This document shows, in pieces, positions 1 to 11,699 of a stretch of DNA of 64,000 bases (positions are counted from its first letter, which is position 1; each line of letters starts with the position of its first letter). Source of the DNA: Raillietiella orientalis (taxonomy: Eukaryota); NCBI GenBank assembly GCA_036172245.1, contig JAYWIR010000001.1, positions 3,658,001-3,722,000 on the forward strand, written 5' to 3'. The notes below the pieces were generated by a model. That model ran no database searches. It was not told the DNA's origin and saw only the letters and a list, made by a program, of their open reading frames with translations. The translations under genes were made by a program, and so were the position numbers.

Positions 1-259
1 GCCAGCAGGACTGGGAAAATCGATTTGTTAAACGTTGCCTCCCATCCATCTTGCATGTCTTCGTCAATAAGTTACGCATGCTCCCTGAGTGAATGGGGAC
101 TGCACCATCAAAACAGACGTGACGCCAGAAAATCTTAAAGCAGGGTCTTTGCACGAGAGAGCCGGCTACATCTTTCAAGAACAGAATTTCACAAGCTTCT
201 TAGATCTGCACTATAACAAGCAAACTTCACGCTGCAACCTAACTTCTCCCCCTGACAAG

Positions 260-471
260 AAGAGAATCAAGGGTATAATGACGTCACTTATCGTGACGTC
301 ATTTTTTTTGTTTTTCTCCCAGATTAAGTTACGGAGATGCTAAATCCGCGGTAACTATTTGTTGTATTTCCTTATCATCTATGCATCTTTGAGTTGCGAA
401 TCGCAGCATTTACTGCTTCCGTTGTTCAAAAATAAATAAATAAGTGACGTCATTACACCCTCGATGCTCTT
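260..471. repeat. Short MITE-like element with 32-bp inverted termini
   Basis: 260-291 AAGAGAATCAAGGGTATAATGACGTCACTTAT versus the reverse complement of 440-471 AAGAGCATCGAGGGTGTAATGACGTCACTTAT (29/32 identical). Confidence 0.65.
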
Positions 472-1719
472 GTTGATATTTTTAATCCTGAGTTGCAATT
501 CAATGGACTCGGCATAGAAATCAATGGAACGTCTGTCTGTCTTTCGCTGTCTTCTTCTGAATAGGCAAACCACGCTTGCAATGTTGCTGTCGGCAATTCA
601 GTTGGGTTCCATTCCACAAAGAAGAGGAAATCTCCGTCCTCAGCCTTGTCGGCGTCGAAGGCACCAGTCCGCACGCATAAACTGCTGCTAACAGAAATAA
701 CAGCAGCATGCTCTTCTTAGTGGAGAATTCCTCATTTTGATCTTAATGAGGAGCATCTATAGCCCTACGACTTGCAAGTCATTTTTCAGTGCAAATGAAG
801 ATCTAGGTTACCAGAATCCATTGTCCCCCTCAAGCTTCACACTCGGTTCGCTCTTTGGTTCAAGGATTTTCAAAAGCACCGTTCATCGTAAGACTTTTTT
901 TTCCGTTTTTGCAGAATGCAAATTTCTCTTGGGGAGCTAATGGTGCTAATGGTGGGAGTCACTGGGCACAGGAACGAGACGACGCAACGCTCCAGATCTG
1001 ATTTCGTGCAAATTGTCTTCATCCTTGACGCTTCTTTGTCGGATGCCCTACAGCGGCGTTCGGGACGGAGTGGCCTGCGAGGTTACTTTCGATCCTTGCT
1101 CGCAGAATCGGGAGGGTTTTCCTCCCCACCCTTGAATGCATTTCTGCCGTGCTACTTGCAGTTTCAAATTAGCAGAGTGGATGCCAACTGAATCTGCGAA
1201 CTGCTCGATTATCGTCTCCGGAAGCGTCAGCTGAATCACATCGTTTTTCACGGGAGCAACCTCCAGCTCTTTCCCGGATCCATTGGCTTTCGTTAGTACT
1301 TCGCCGCCTGACAGCAACAAGCTTCTGTACGGTAAAGTGAGCAGGCTCAATTAGCTCCGGCTTCCCGAACAGGACATTCCCCAAAGTCTGCGTGCTGTTC
1401 AGAAGCTGACAGTTCCGGGCGCTTTCTCCGGCGTGACCGTGAGGTCACGAGACCCTTTGGAATCGGAGTTTCAGGTGAGCAAACGACGCTTCCAGGCAGC
1501 ACGCTTACTGGTCGCCCTCTGCTACATTTTCCTTCACGTTTGCAGCCATCATCTCCTATGCATCCTGGACCGTCGGCTGTCGCTCCGATGCGACGGATGC
1601 ATTGCATTCAGAATGTTCAATCTTCTGCGATCGCGAGCGCATGCGCGAGCCAGCAGAGTCTGCCAGCGTCAAATTTAAGAAAAATCGAAAAATAGCAGGC
1701 CTTCCCTTGGACTGATCTG

Positions 1720-2280
1720 GAGCGTTTCATTGAGTTCTGTAGCAAGATGTATGCCCAACTGCAGCCTCTTTCGGATGCTTCCCAGTGTACATGGATTCTG
1801 CAAAAAAAAGAAAAATGCAGCACAATATCACTGATGATTTTTTTTTTTTAATTCGAGGGAAAATTTTCGACCTTTGCTGAACGTTCAGGGAAGGGAACAG
1901 TTTCTGGTTTGGCTTACCAGGAAGTGAATAAAGAAAACCTGTGGATAGGAATTTGTTAAAGGGCATGCCTCCCCGAGAGCCACAACTGAAGAATGATGTA
2001 GCGATGAAACCTCCCTAAGCGTTCAGCAGCATCAACGACCTTCTCTCAGGTTTCTCAACCGAAAACTCTCTCATAATGTCAGAAGCTGAGTTCATCTCGT
2101 TTATGCGACGGGAGAGTTGCTTTGTGTCCAAGGATTCGAAAGAATGAGGGAAATGATCAGAAAACGCACCCCTGCAACGCCTTTGAAGCCTTTCTTTTAG
2201 AAACCACGGCCTCTGCACCACGCTAGGTTTGCATTCAAATATTCGCCGTAAAGATGGAGATTGTTGCTTTTTTCTCAAGA
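1720..2280 (-). mobile_element. Possible LINE RT remnant
   Basis: SFESLD (AFD-like) and FFSCGSRGGMPFNKFLS (F..GVRQG.PLSP.LF-like) in order. Weak. Confidence 0.3.
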
Positions 2281-2313
2281 TGGAGAGTCGGTGGATACTA
2301 TTCCAATTTGGCA

Positions 2314-3672
2314 GAAGTCGTGGTCAGGGTTCTCATGAAAAAGCTCTTTCATCTAAGGAGGAGAGGGCTTTTATTTTTTGAAGTGTGTCTCAAAAGAAGT
2401 GCCCATGCGACTGCTGGAGACCGGAATGATGGAATCAACAGATTGTCGTGGTGTTTCCGATGTTCGATGGCAGCACCAATCTCACGGATCAACGCCGAGA
2501 ATGCGGGGTGAGCCTGGGTTCGGAGTTCTCTTCGCGGGATAGCGCTGGCTGGCCTGCGGGCTTCGGGTGCGGCAATGGTGGAATCGGAAAACCGGATCCT
2601 AACGCCCTTGTTGTTTGGCCGGAAGTGGAAGTTGACCCTCCGGGGTCCTTCCATGAATCAAGGAGCCGGTTCCCATCGGAGTTCTCCTTTGTCTGTGCAA
2701 TGCTCTAGCCAGTCCGTATCGTGTAACATAAAGCTGGTTGATACTCCCCTCAGGTGGTCACCCCTCCAGAGTATAAGAAACGCTCTGCTTCCTTCGGGGA
2801 GCGACCCTACAGAGAAATTTGAAAGTGTCTCTTTCGGGATTCTCTCCAGAAGGGGAAACAAGGAGCGTTTCCCTTACGGGTTCCCTCCGGAAAAGAAATT
2901 TCAGGAGTGGCCCCCTGGAAGGTCCCTCCTGGTAAAATAGGGAAGAGAGGTTCTCTTCAGGGTGCTCTTCAAAGACAACTAGGGCGGAGGTTCCCTTCGG
3001 GGTTCTCTTGCCAAGCATAAGAGGGACGGATTCCTTCCTCCGAGGCTCTTCCTGGATTCGTAGGATGGAACCCTTACTCGAAGGGTTCCACGCACCCTTA
3101 AGTGGCATGGGAGAATGTTAAAGAGCTTCGTGACCTTTCCTTCCCAAGAAGGAGAACGGTTCTCTAGGACTTAGCGAATCCGGCCCCCCCCCCCAAAAGT
3201 CCCAAATTGCAGCGTGTCTTTGGCGCCTCGGCAGAACCAGTCCGTAGGGCCGAGAAAAGCCACTTTATAAACTCTGAAAGAAGTGCTGGAGCGAGCTTTA
3301 TTTATTTCCATTCATCTCTAAGGCTTACAGCTGAGAGGAGCAAGCACGCAGTAGGCATTATTCGGAGAATCAGGTCCAGGCATGCGGAGAACATCAGCTG
3401 GGGTGCAATTAGCTGGGATTGGCTCCCGGAATTCCATGGTCTTCCTTGTTGTTTCTGGAACTACTTCCTCCAAATTTCTGGCAAATGAAAGCTTAAAGCC
3501 ATTGGAACTAAAAAGACACTTGGGAACGTGAGTGCTCCGGGAGGATCAGTAAGCCTCCGGAACATTTTGAAAGGATCTGAAGTCGTGGTCAGGGTTCCCA
3601 TGAAGAAGCTCATTCATCCAAGGATGAGAGGGCTTCTATTTTTTTTAAGTGTTTCAAAAGGAGTGCCCATGC
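2314..3672 (+). repeat. Direct repeat pair of ~95 bp (2314-2408 and 3579-3672)
   Basis: GAAGTCGTGGTCAGGGTT.CATGAA.AAGCTC.TTCATC.AAGGA.GAGAGGGCTT.TATTTTTT...GTGCCCATGC occurs twice. Confidence 0.85.
2480..3140 (+). repeat. Long structured SINE-like repeat, copy A (head missing)
   Basis: Shares ordered blocks with the other copies: GGCTGGCCTG, GCGGCAATGG..GGAAAACCGGAT, GAATCAAGGAGCCGGTTCC, CTCCAGAG, TTCCTGGATTC, TGTTAAAGAGCTT. Confidence 0.7.
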
Positions 3673-4199
3673 TGAAAGATTGATTCCCTTAGCACGTACC
3701 GAGGCAGTGTTCTCAGCTATCAGTGGTAAAGTAGCAGATTACAGGATTATTCGTGCGGCTCTTCTGAGCCTACCTCGAATCAGGAGAACTACGGTAGGGA
3801 AGGGAACAGGCCGCGGATGCCAAACACGCAACGCGACCCTGCCTGCTGCGCTATAATCAACCACAATCGACCGGTAGTGCAGCATTTCCACCTACCCGCG
3901 AAATGACAGGACAGTTCGATAGAATACCTGGAAAGGGCAAAACATGGAAAGTCTTCATCAGCAGTCAACTCGTCCCGAGAACCCGGTTGTCGCTCTGTCT
4001 GGAGCGGGACAACGGCATCCAAAGAAGTTGTGGTAGCGAAGGAAAGTGTTGTGGGGTTTGCCCCTTCGTTTGCCTCCCAATGGATTGCGGACCTCGATCC
4101 GACAGCATGTATCTGTGGGATCACGTTTCCTAAAAGCCGTGAAGCATCCCGCAGTCCGAGATGAGGAGATTTTGCGGGATTCGAACCCGCAAAATGAAA

Positions 4200-4830
4200 A
4201 TCCTTCTTTTCTGTCTTCGAAGTTCTTCGACACGGTTCCACGCCACCCGAGGGTGGGTTATCCTCCAGCTTAGGGGGTATCCCGGGAGGGCTCCTCCCTA
4301 TGAATCCAGGAAGGATTCGGAGTCCGTTCCTCTCACGCCTGGGGAGGGATCCCCGGAAATAGAGATCACCTCCACCCTGGTTGTCTTCGAAAGGTAATCC
4401 AAGGGAATCCTCTTTTCTTATTCTCTCCGGAGGACCCCGGGGGGTTTGTTCCATTTTTTCTCCTCTGAAGGGAACCCGGAAAGGATCCGATCCTGGAGTT
4501 TCTTCTCCGGAGGGATCCCTCGCAAGGGATCCGCTCCTGTTTTTACTCCTCTGAAGAGAACCCAGAAGGGACGCTTCTGAAATTCAGAAGGACTCAGCTT
4601 CCCTGAAGGGATCGGCTCTCTTCTCTGCACTCTCTGGAGAAGTAGTGGAGACACAACGACTCCATCAGTACGACGCAGAGGGTTCCCCGGAATGGGGGGT
4701 GCGCTCCTTCACAACCGGAGAAGAGCTCCCACTCGGTGCTCCTGAAAGGACCCAGGAGCTCGACTCCCATTTGTTGCGGCCCTCATCGGGGCATCCGATT
4801 TTAACCGCTACCAATGCCGCACCCGGATGA
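4200..4830 (-). repeat. Long structured SINE-like repeat, copy B (inverted relative to copy A)
   Basis: Reverse-strand match to the same blocks, from GGTGCGGCATTGG to TTCCTGGATTCATAGGG..GGTGGCGTGGAACCGTGTCGAAGAACTT. Confidence 0.7.
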
Positions 4831-5149
4831 ATGTAGGCCAATCAGCGTCATCTTGTGGGGTGAACTCTGAACCCACGACGCACTGCGTCAATTCCTTCGA
4901 AGTATTCGATCCCACGACGCATGGTGCCACGCGCGGAGGCCACCGTAACCACACGGCCTCTGGCGCGGGCGGGACACTGCTTCAGGAGAGAGAAGCCAGG
5001 CGTATCCTCCTGAAAAATCCGGTGATCACTGCACTATTAAACGGAAGCAACAGTCTGCAACACTTGTAAAAGGGCGCTGTAAAAGCTGTCTGTTCGGAGT
5101 GACATCTCAGATTCACAATTCTTAAATGTGTCATTAAAAAAAGCATTCA

Positions 5150-6600
5150 GGACGCAGTCAAGTTGACGCAGTCAATCCTGCCAAGATTAAAGAAAACAAC
5201 TGGTAAAGAAGAGAGAAGCTGTTAGGTGCATTCGTTGCAGCCAGGGGCGTGGAAGTTTTCGAGAAAGGAACCCATGGTTCCCACCATCTCCCAATTTGGG
5301 ACTTTAGTGGCCGTGCACACATGACATGAAACCACCTATGCCGCATTTTATGAAATGCTGGAACCAGTGGACAAAAATGAAATTTTTTTCAGAAAGTTGA
5401 TTTTTAACAAGTCAGGGGGGACTCTATTCCCACTCTACTTCTTGCTAACCACCAATGCTTTGCATGAAAGTTGACTCCAGAAATCTCTACCTCCTTTTCT
5501 GACCTCTGAACTTGCCTCTGACCTGCCTGGAAATCTCATCAAGTCCCAAGTTAATGAGCGCATCCAAGCACCTTTAAAAGGTGAATAGGTCAGGAAAGAA
5601 TTGATCCATCGACTCCCCAATGTCTTGTACTTCTCTAAGGGAACAGGGACTTCAATTCCGGGAAAGAGCCATTCCGTAAGGAAATAAAACCATGAGATAC
5701 TCTCAATATTTCTTTGGAAGGTGTCTCTTCAGTTTTCAGTTTCCAGTTTTTACTCCCTGGCGAAGAGCTGAACCTTCTGGTGGAGACCCCAATCGCGTTT
5801 GGAGAAGCAAGTGGAACAGGAACATCTCCCGCGGGTTTTCCGGAGTGAGGTCTTTCGCTCCACTATGCATTTTTCTTCTGCCTGCAGCCCAATTGGGTCC
5901 TCAAACAGCAGACCATTATCCTCTGACGATCGAATCACCCTTTCTGGACAAGGTTTAGCACCAAATGTTCCTGAATTGCTTCTTTCTGCGTGTCGAAGAT
6001 GTGACAGTAGGAAGGAACCTTTCTTTCGGAATCGTGCGCTAAGGAGAGGCCCAGACCCTTCTTACCGGGAGATTGGGGCTCTCCTCAACAAAAAGTGCCA
6101 GGGATCTTCAGCGGCCACTAAAAGCTTCAACAGCCTTCTGGCTAAGTCGGAAGCTGGTTTCTCTTTGATAAAGTCCAAACACTTCAGAACTAAACTAATG
6201 GAAATGTCGTTGTCTTCCCTGTCACAACCGAGCGCGAACTGGGCTGAGATCTTCCTAAATGTAGGGGCGTTCTGGTTCTAGGAGATCAGAAAAAAAAGGG
6301 GATTCCGCTGCTACGTCCGGCATCGACATTCTGCCAGCTGCACAGCCATAAATTACTCTTCCTCTCCATTCAGCTTTTTCTCGAGCACATCCTCACCTCA
6401 GCGGCCCTTCCCCTCTTTTCGATCTTTTTTTCCTTCTAGTATTTCCTTTCTGAAAATAAAAGCGAAAAAACAAAAAGTTTTGGCTTTCCCTTCTCTCCAC
6501 CAGAAGCACTTCATAGTCCTTCATCTAGGCCTTGCAATCTCTTTAGCCGTTTCTTGCATGAGGATGTTGCTGCTTATTAATGTCTCTCATCTGCAGTTAT
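5150..6600 (-). mobile_element. Degenerate L1-like LINE ORF2 remnant (APE endonuclease start and thumb region)
   Basis: NILMQET, AGRSSGI and NQNAP (APE motifs LQET, GRSGGI, N.YAP) in order; downstream LPK..FPELK..RWI. Confidence 0.4.
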
Positions 6601-7864
6601 GAAGACGTCCCTCACTTGGCGACTCGAAGGCCATCACCCAATCACGACCCATTTCGAAACGGGACGCAAGAATTCGATTTGTCCTTCATCAGAGGCTCGT
6701 TTGGGGGAACAAACGACTTTTCACATCGGCCGCTCTATTATCAGGGAGAAATCCACTTCCGAAATCCCCAATTTACGCATTCCCTCCTGGAAAGCTCACT
6801 CCACATCGAGACCTCGGAATCGTGACCCGTGACGTGACTTTTCAGAAAACAGCCTCTTCCTCCACTTCCTTCATGAAGACAAGAGTAGGAAATCCCCTCT
6901 AGCTTTCCGACCGTCTCTGCTCCTTCACTTGGCTCCTCCATTCGGAATCCAGAGAAACCAAAGAAGTATCCGTAGTAGTATGCAAGGCATAAGGAGGGAA
7001 GAGGATGAAGGTGGGGACAGAGCTCAAAGAGCCAAAAAAGGAATGGAAGAAAGGAATCAGGGATACGGATGAGCCTTTGAACACTACGGTGCACCTCCAC
7101 CAAAAAATCCTAATCGATTTTTCCTCTCATTTTAACGAGTCACATTGACATCACTGTCGATCTTTCCTCCAGCTTCCCAGAGAAACCAGCAGCTCTTGAG
7201 GAGAGAGGCGAAAACGCTTTCTGCCCTTTCTCTCAGGGAGCTGAGGCTTGCTCTACTGCTAGCCAGAGCGAATTTTCGCCTTCATGCATCCGGAATTTCA
7301 AAGTTCGGACCCGCTGCCAAGCACACACCTAAAAAGAATTCGAGGGGATGGAAAGATCAGTTCCGACTCGCTAGTTGCATTAAGCAACGGATTCTTAGGG
7401 AGGTGATGGACGAAATGTGGAACATCTGGACCAGGAAAATAAAGGTTCAAGTGGCCAAAAGTGGAATCTTCGCGACATCACAGGACAAACGAATCGTTAA
7501 GAGGCTGAGGAAGTTTCCTTGAGACTCAGCTCCTAGTGTCCAGTCATTACCACACGCCATCTTCCGAAGATACGAACCTTAACGGAAAATGCTAGGCACG
7601 GTCATTTCTTCACGGATTTGAAGCTGGGAAGGCGGATGCAGAAGGAAAATGCGGAGCACCAAAAGTTCCAAGGGCACTTTTATCTCAGGATGTCCATTAT
7701 TCGAGGAATGGCCAAGAGCTCATTTGCATTTTGAAGTATCCGCACCGTAATGCCCGCACCACAATTAGTGTCTGTGTGATCCGCAATTCATTTACTCATC
7801 AATTCGCGAAAGCTCCTCTTGTTCGTGTGTCCGTATGGTCTACGTGGTCACTCATCGTATATCA

Positions 7865-8764
7865 CGACGCGCATTTCAAACGCAAGGGTCGATCAGATAG
7901 GAAGAAAGAACAAATAAGAGAAACCAAAATGTATTGGTGGCGCTAAACACATGCATCCCCATGTCTCTTTTCTGCGTAGCCACCATTCCTTTCCAAACAC
8001 TTTTGATACAGTAGAAGAAGCTTTTCGAGACCCTCTGCACAAAATTCCGCCTCCTAAGAGTTCAGCCAGTTCAGCAGCACTGCAGTTTGCAACCCCTTGA
8101 ATCCTTCCCCCTCGAATCGTCGAGCCACTTCTTGAGGTGCAGCGAGACGAGGTCTGCACTGTAAGATGGGTGGAGGATCAGAAAGTTCCCACTGGAATTT
8201 CCGAATCGTCCGTAGCGTGCGCGGCCAGCAGTGTGTGGGACAAAAAGGCTGTGCTTTTGGTAGAATTCAACAGCAACCATCACTTCGCAAGTCTTCCGCG
8301 AAACGCTTTCAAGACTGCGGCGGGCCGTTCAGAACCGACGACGTGGAATGCTGACATCAGGAATGGTGGGTGTCCTCCACGACAACGCGCGCCTTGGCAA
8401 CACACGCTGTCCGCACACTCCAGAGAATTCGGAAATTCCAATGGGAACTTTCCGATCACCCACCTTATAGTCCTGACCTCGCGCTCGGTGACTATCACCT
8501 CTTCCTGCATCTCCAGAGTGTTTCAACGATTCGAGGAAAGTGAGCAGTGGAAAACGGCAGTGCTGAACTGGCTGAACTCTTAGGAGGCGGAGTTTTATGC
8601 AGAGGGTCTCGAAAAGCTTCTTCTACTGTATCAAAAGTGTTCGGAAAGGAATGGCGGCTACGCCGAAAAGAGACATGGGGGTGTACGAAGCACCAATACA
8701 TTTCGGTTTCTCCTATTTGTTGTCCTTTCTTTCCGATCGGATCCTACTTTTGAAATGCTCCTCG
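7865..8764. mobile_element. Non-autonomous fold-back mariner element (~900 bp) with long inverted arms
   Basis: Right end reads, on the reverse strand, TA|CGAGGAGCATTTCAAAAGTAGG (mariner-type TIR plus TA). Left end reads ca|CGACGCGCATTTCAAACGCAAGG. About 7865-8240 is an inverted copy of about 8395-8764. Confidence 0.8.
8229..8672 (+). pseudogene. Mariner (DD34D) transposase C-terminal half, frameshifted, with a premature stop
   Basis: Pieces across frames: VWDKKAVLLVEF; TITSQVFRETLSRLRRAVQNRRRGMLTSG..LHDNAR; KFQWELSDHPPYSPDLALGDYHLFLHL; KTAVLNWLNS*EAEFYAEGLEKLLLLYQKCSERNGGYAEK. Includes the HDNA and YSPDL-x3-D mariner motifs. Confidence 0.88.
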
Positions 8765-9979
8765 TAGTTCCCCATAATATTTAGAAAGAATTCGAACACA
8801 AGCCACAGCCCTTAGAATGCCAATGTTCAGGGTACATTTCTTGTTTACACTCATTACTTATAGACGAGAATTTTAAATTGAATTTCTGTCGTAAGGACTT
8901 CCGTACGTGTTTATATTTTGAAGTTTGTAAGGAAAAAAAGAACAAACACCACGTGTTTTGGTAACTCCTGGTATTCCTGAGACAAAAATCTTTTTTGCAA
9001 AATAACCTATAGATTCGGTAGAAGAAACGACCAAGGACTGCATATGGATCCGTGTGCCCAATATGTCATTTCAGAAAGGCTACAATTCATTCTATGCGGG
9101 GTTTCCTTGGTAACAATCACAACAATCACAGTAATATCTGCAGGGAAACCATCTTGCTTGGGCAGATACTGGAGAAATATTTTTTGTGGACCTTTACGAA
9201 TTCCGATTAGACACATGCGTGATTGTCCAGTGCCATAATCTGATTCTTCAACGTCACTGTTTCAGGGCAGCTTCAGAGAGTTTTAATTAGGGAGATCGAA
9301 AGATATGAGTTACCGCGAATGAAAGGCTCCCAAAGACAAACAAACAAAACAATTCCGAAGTTCCTCATTAGTTTTTTCATTTTCCTCATTCTTCATTAGT
9401 TTTCCCGCCACGAATTTCTGTGCTTGCCCTTTTCGCTTTCCCAAGGATGTCTTCGGGAACTGTTCAGTCCCACTCTCATTTTGGCAGCCCTTATTTTGAG
9501 AAATTTCCAGAGGGCTTCGCGTTTCGATACAGCTAGGACCACGAGTATGACAGACGGCTTTCTCATACCTGCCTTAATTACTTCGATACAGAAGGTTCTC
9601 CTCGGAAGTAGCTGCATTGGACACGCAACCTGAAACCAATTTGTGACTCTTCCATGATCTGCAGTGGATATGCGTCAACATATTAATCCACATTGCTCAT
9701 ACGGAGGAGCTCAATTTATCCCGCTTTCTCAGTCTTACTCGCGGTATAGTGATTTTATTTTTTATTTTTTGCAACAAACAACTCAGCGATATCACAGTCC
9801 AAAGTCCCTTTTTATGAGACACTTGTTTTTCCATTTCTTTCCCTTGGCAACGCTCGTATTTCTCGTTAGGCCACGTTTGCTCTGCCGTTTGCGCAGAGTG
9901 GGAGATCGGGGTGGGAAGCTGATGGGGGTGTAATTTTTTTTCCTACCGTATAGCATCCAGCCTCGCACTAACTTGTTAC

Positions 9980-11028
9980 TCAGCTCCGCGTACTCTTTGC
10001 AGGGCGTACCTGAAACTCTGTGATGGTACTCTGCCGTGGTTTCGTATCCCTATTTCCTTCCCAATTAGTCCCATTAGAACCTGTGCGAGTCCCATGAGAC
10101 CTGCACGTCTTCTCCAAGCTTGGTCCTCCGGAAGAGGATGTCTAGGATGAAGACGGTCGAAATGACCCTTGCTTGGCTGCTCAAACCTTCCCCACATCGT
10201 CTGCAGTGCATCTTCTGCGGGATCTGTTTCTCTAGCGCTCGAAGGTCGACCCTGGTCTACCGCTAGTCTCGGCCTTGCCAGAGTTCACGGATCCAATCGG
10301 TCATCCACTCTTGCAGCTAACCCTTGTGATCGCCCCGGGAGCTGACGTGCCTGATGATCTGTCGCATGCTTCGAGCTGGGAGACAAGCTCCTTGTGGCGC
10401 ATGCCTGCGCCTGTCTCCTGGTGCGGCCGGCACAGACACTTCAACCTGACCCTCGGTTTCCGACCGCGACACATCAAGTGCCGTTAGATGCTGGCCAGGT
10501 GTCCGACTACCTTCTCCGTCATGCTTCAGAAGGTCTTTCCTAACAGGAACTGGGATGCGAGCACCACGTTCCGCAGGTTATCGTTTCCCTTCAGGAAGAA
10601 GTTCACTCCTTGGTAGTACAGGGCGGTTGCACAGGGTAGTACAGGGTTCGCTTTCCAGCTCTTGTCGGGTCATCCTCCCATCAAAGTGCCAGAGTTGTTT
10701 CGGCGTCTCCGATGTGGACTCCTAGGCATTTTGCTGCGTCCTCTATCCCGGATCCGTGGGATTACAGGAGAATAGCGTTCTGGATGCCAACCGTGATTTC
10801 GGAGCGTAAATCTTGATCCCCTAGTCCGGTTTTCATGGACTCGGCGATCCCAGAAATGCCTCTTGATCCTGGACGTCCTCTATGACGGAGAATAGATTGT
10901 CAGCGTAGGCCAAGTAGACGGTGAGCTCCCCTTTCAGGGTGAGTCCCTTGAGCCGACTCTCACCTCTCCACATAGGACAACACCATGCACAGGGCTTGGA
11001 GAATGGGAATCAGGCGTCTCCTTGGTTT
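9980..11028 (-). mobile_element. Degenerate L1/Tx1-like LINE ORF2 fragment (RT core to thumb)
   Basis: In order on the minus strand: NQGDA (QG motif), LKGLTLKGELTVYLAYADN (YADD-like), KCLGVHIG (KYLG-like), and RGRKPRVRLKCLCRPHQETGAG (conserved post-thumb motif). Several frameshifts. Confidence 0.7.
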
Positions 11029-11650
11029 CTACCCTGTCACATCGGGGCATTTATTTAGAAATAAATAAATTACAGTCAAAGTGGACGGCGTCTCCTTAAC
11101 ACAAAAATACAACAGCAAAAAGTTCATTGAGGATGACCACCAGCTCGCAGCCCAACTCCTAAGGAAGTCAGGAGCAGGAGGGAGGGGACAATAAGTAAAG
11201 TAAAAAAAAAAAGGAGGACAAGAACTGTTTGTCTTTGGTTTCACCCACTTCTTTCTTTCTACACGAGCGAATCAAATGGTCCGTTTGACCATACTTGTAG
11301 CAGCGGGCCTTCGAATGGGCACCTACCCTGTGCCCGAACTGTTTGCGACCAACGCAGAAGACGTTGGGTTGCAACCGGTAGGGGGTCTGTGCGTGTTGTG
11401 AGTGCGTCGATGCGCACAACTTTCCCGGCATCCTGGCGTCATCAAACGTTGATTACAGGAGTCGAACTCAGTCTCCTAGCCTAAAAATGATGCTTCCGAG
11501 TAGCCCACGTTTGGGGTTGTCCGCAGAGGTCAGCCCAAAACCAAGTGAAACGATCGCGCCTTACTCTGCCCAGAAACGTCCAGGATTGCCATGGTGACCG
11601 CAATCGCTTTGAAGCTAGAAGCCACTCACCTTTATAGCTGTGCAATTCTG
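11029..11650 (-). mobile_element. LINE-derived element carrying the ORF1 (gag-like double CCHC knuckle) 3' part joined directly to the family 3' UTR
   Basis: YRLQPNVFCVGRKQFGH...ARCYKYGQTDHLIRSC gives two decayed CX2CX4HX4C knuckles after a Y-x2-QP motif typical of Tx1/L1-type ORF1. It is followed by a T-rich UTR and AATAAATGCCCCGATGTGACAGGGT. Confidence 0.6.
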
Positions 11651-11699
11651 AGAAAAAAAAAAAAAAAGGATGCTTTCGAGCTGTGGAGGTGCACCCACT

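Noticed and set aside
440-520. LQLRIKNINKSIEGV, Ig-like word on the minus strand
   Set aside because: The matching part lies in the arm of the 260-471 inverted repeat; no Cys/Tyr motif or clean exon.
3789-4454. 221-aa ORF and similar 120-190-aa ORFs (e.g. 37249-37686, 60857-61547, 38448-39134)
   Set aside because: They overlap GC-rich repeats or lie antisense to TE remnants; frames are not conserved between repeat copies and no domains are recognisable.
9190-9260. Minus-strand DVEESDYGT resembling an Ig 'DYG-x-Y-x-C' strand
   Set aside because: No Y-x-C follows, there is an in-frame stop just upstream, and there are no good splice sites.
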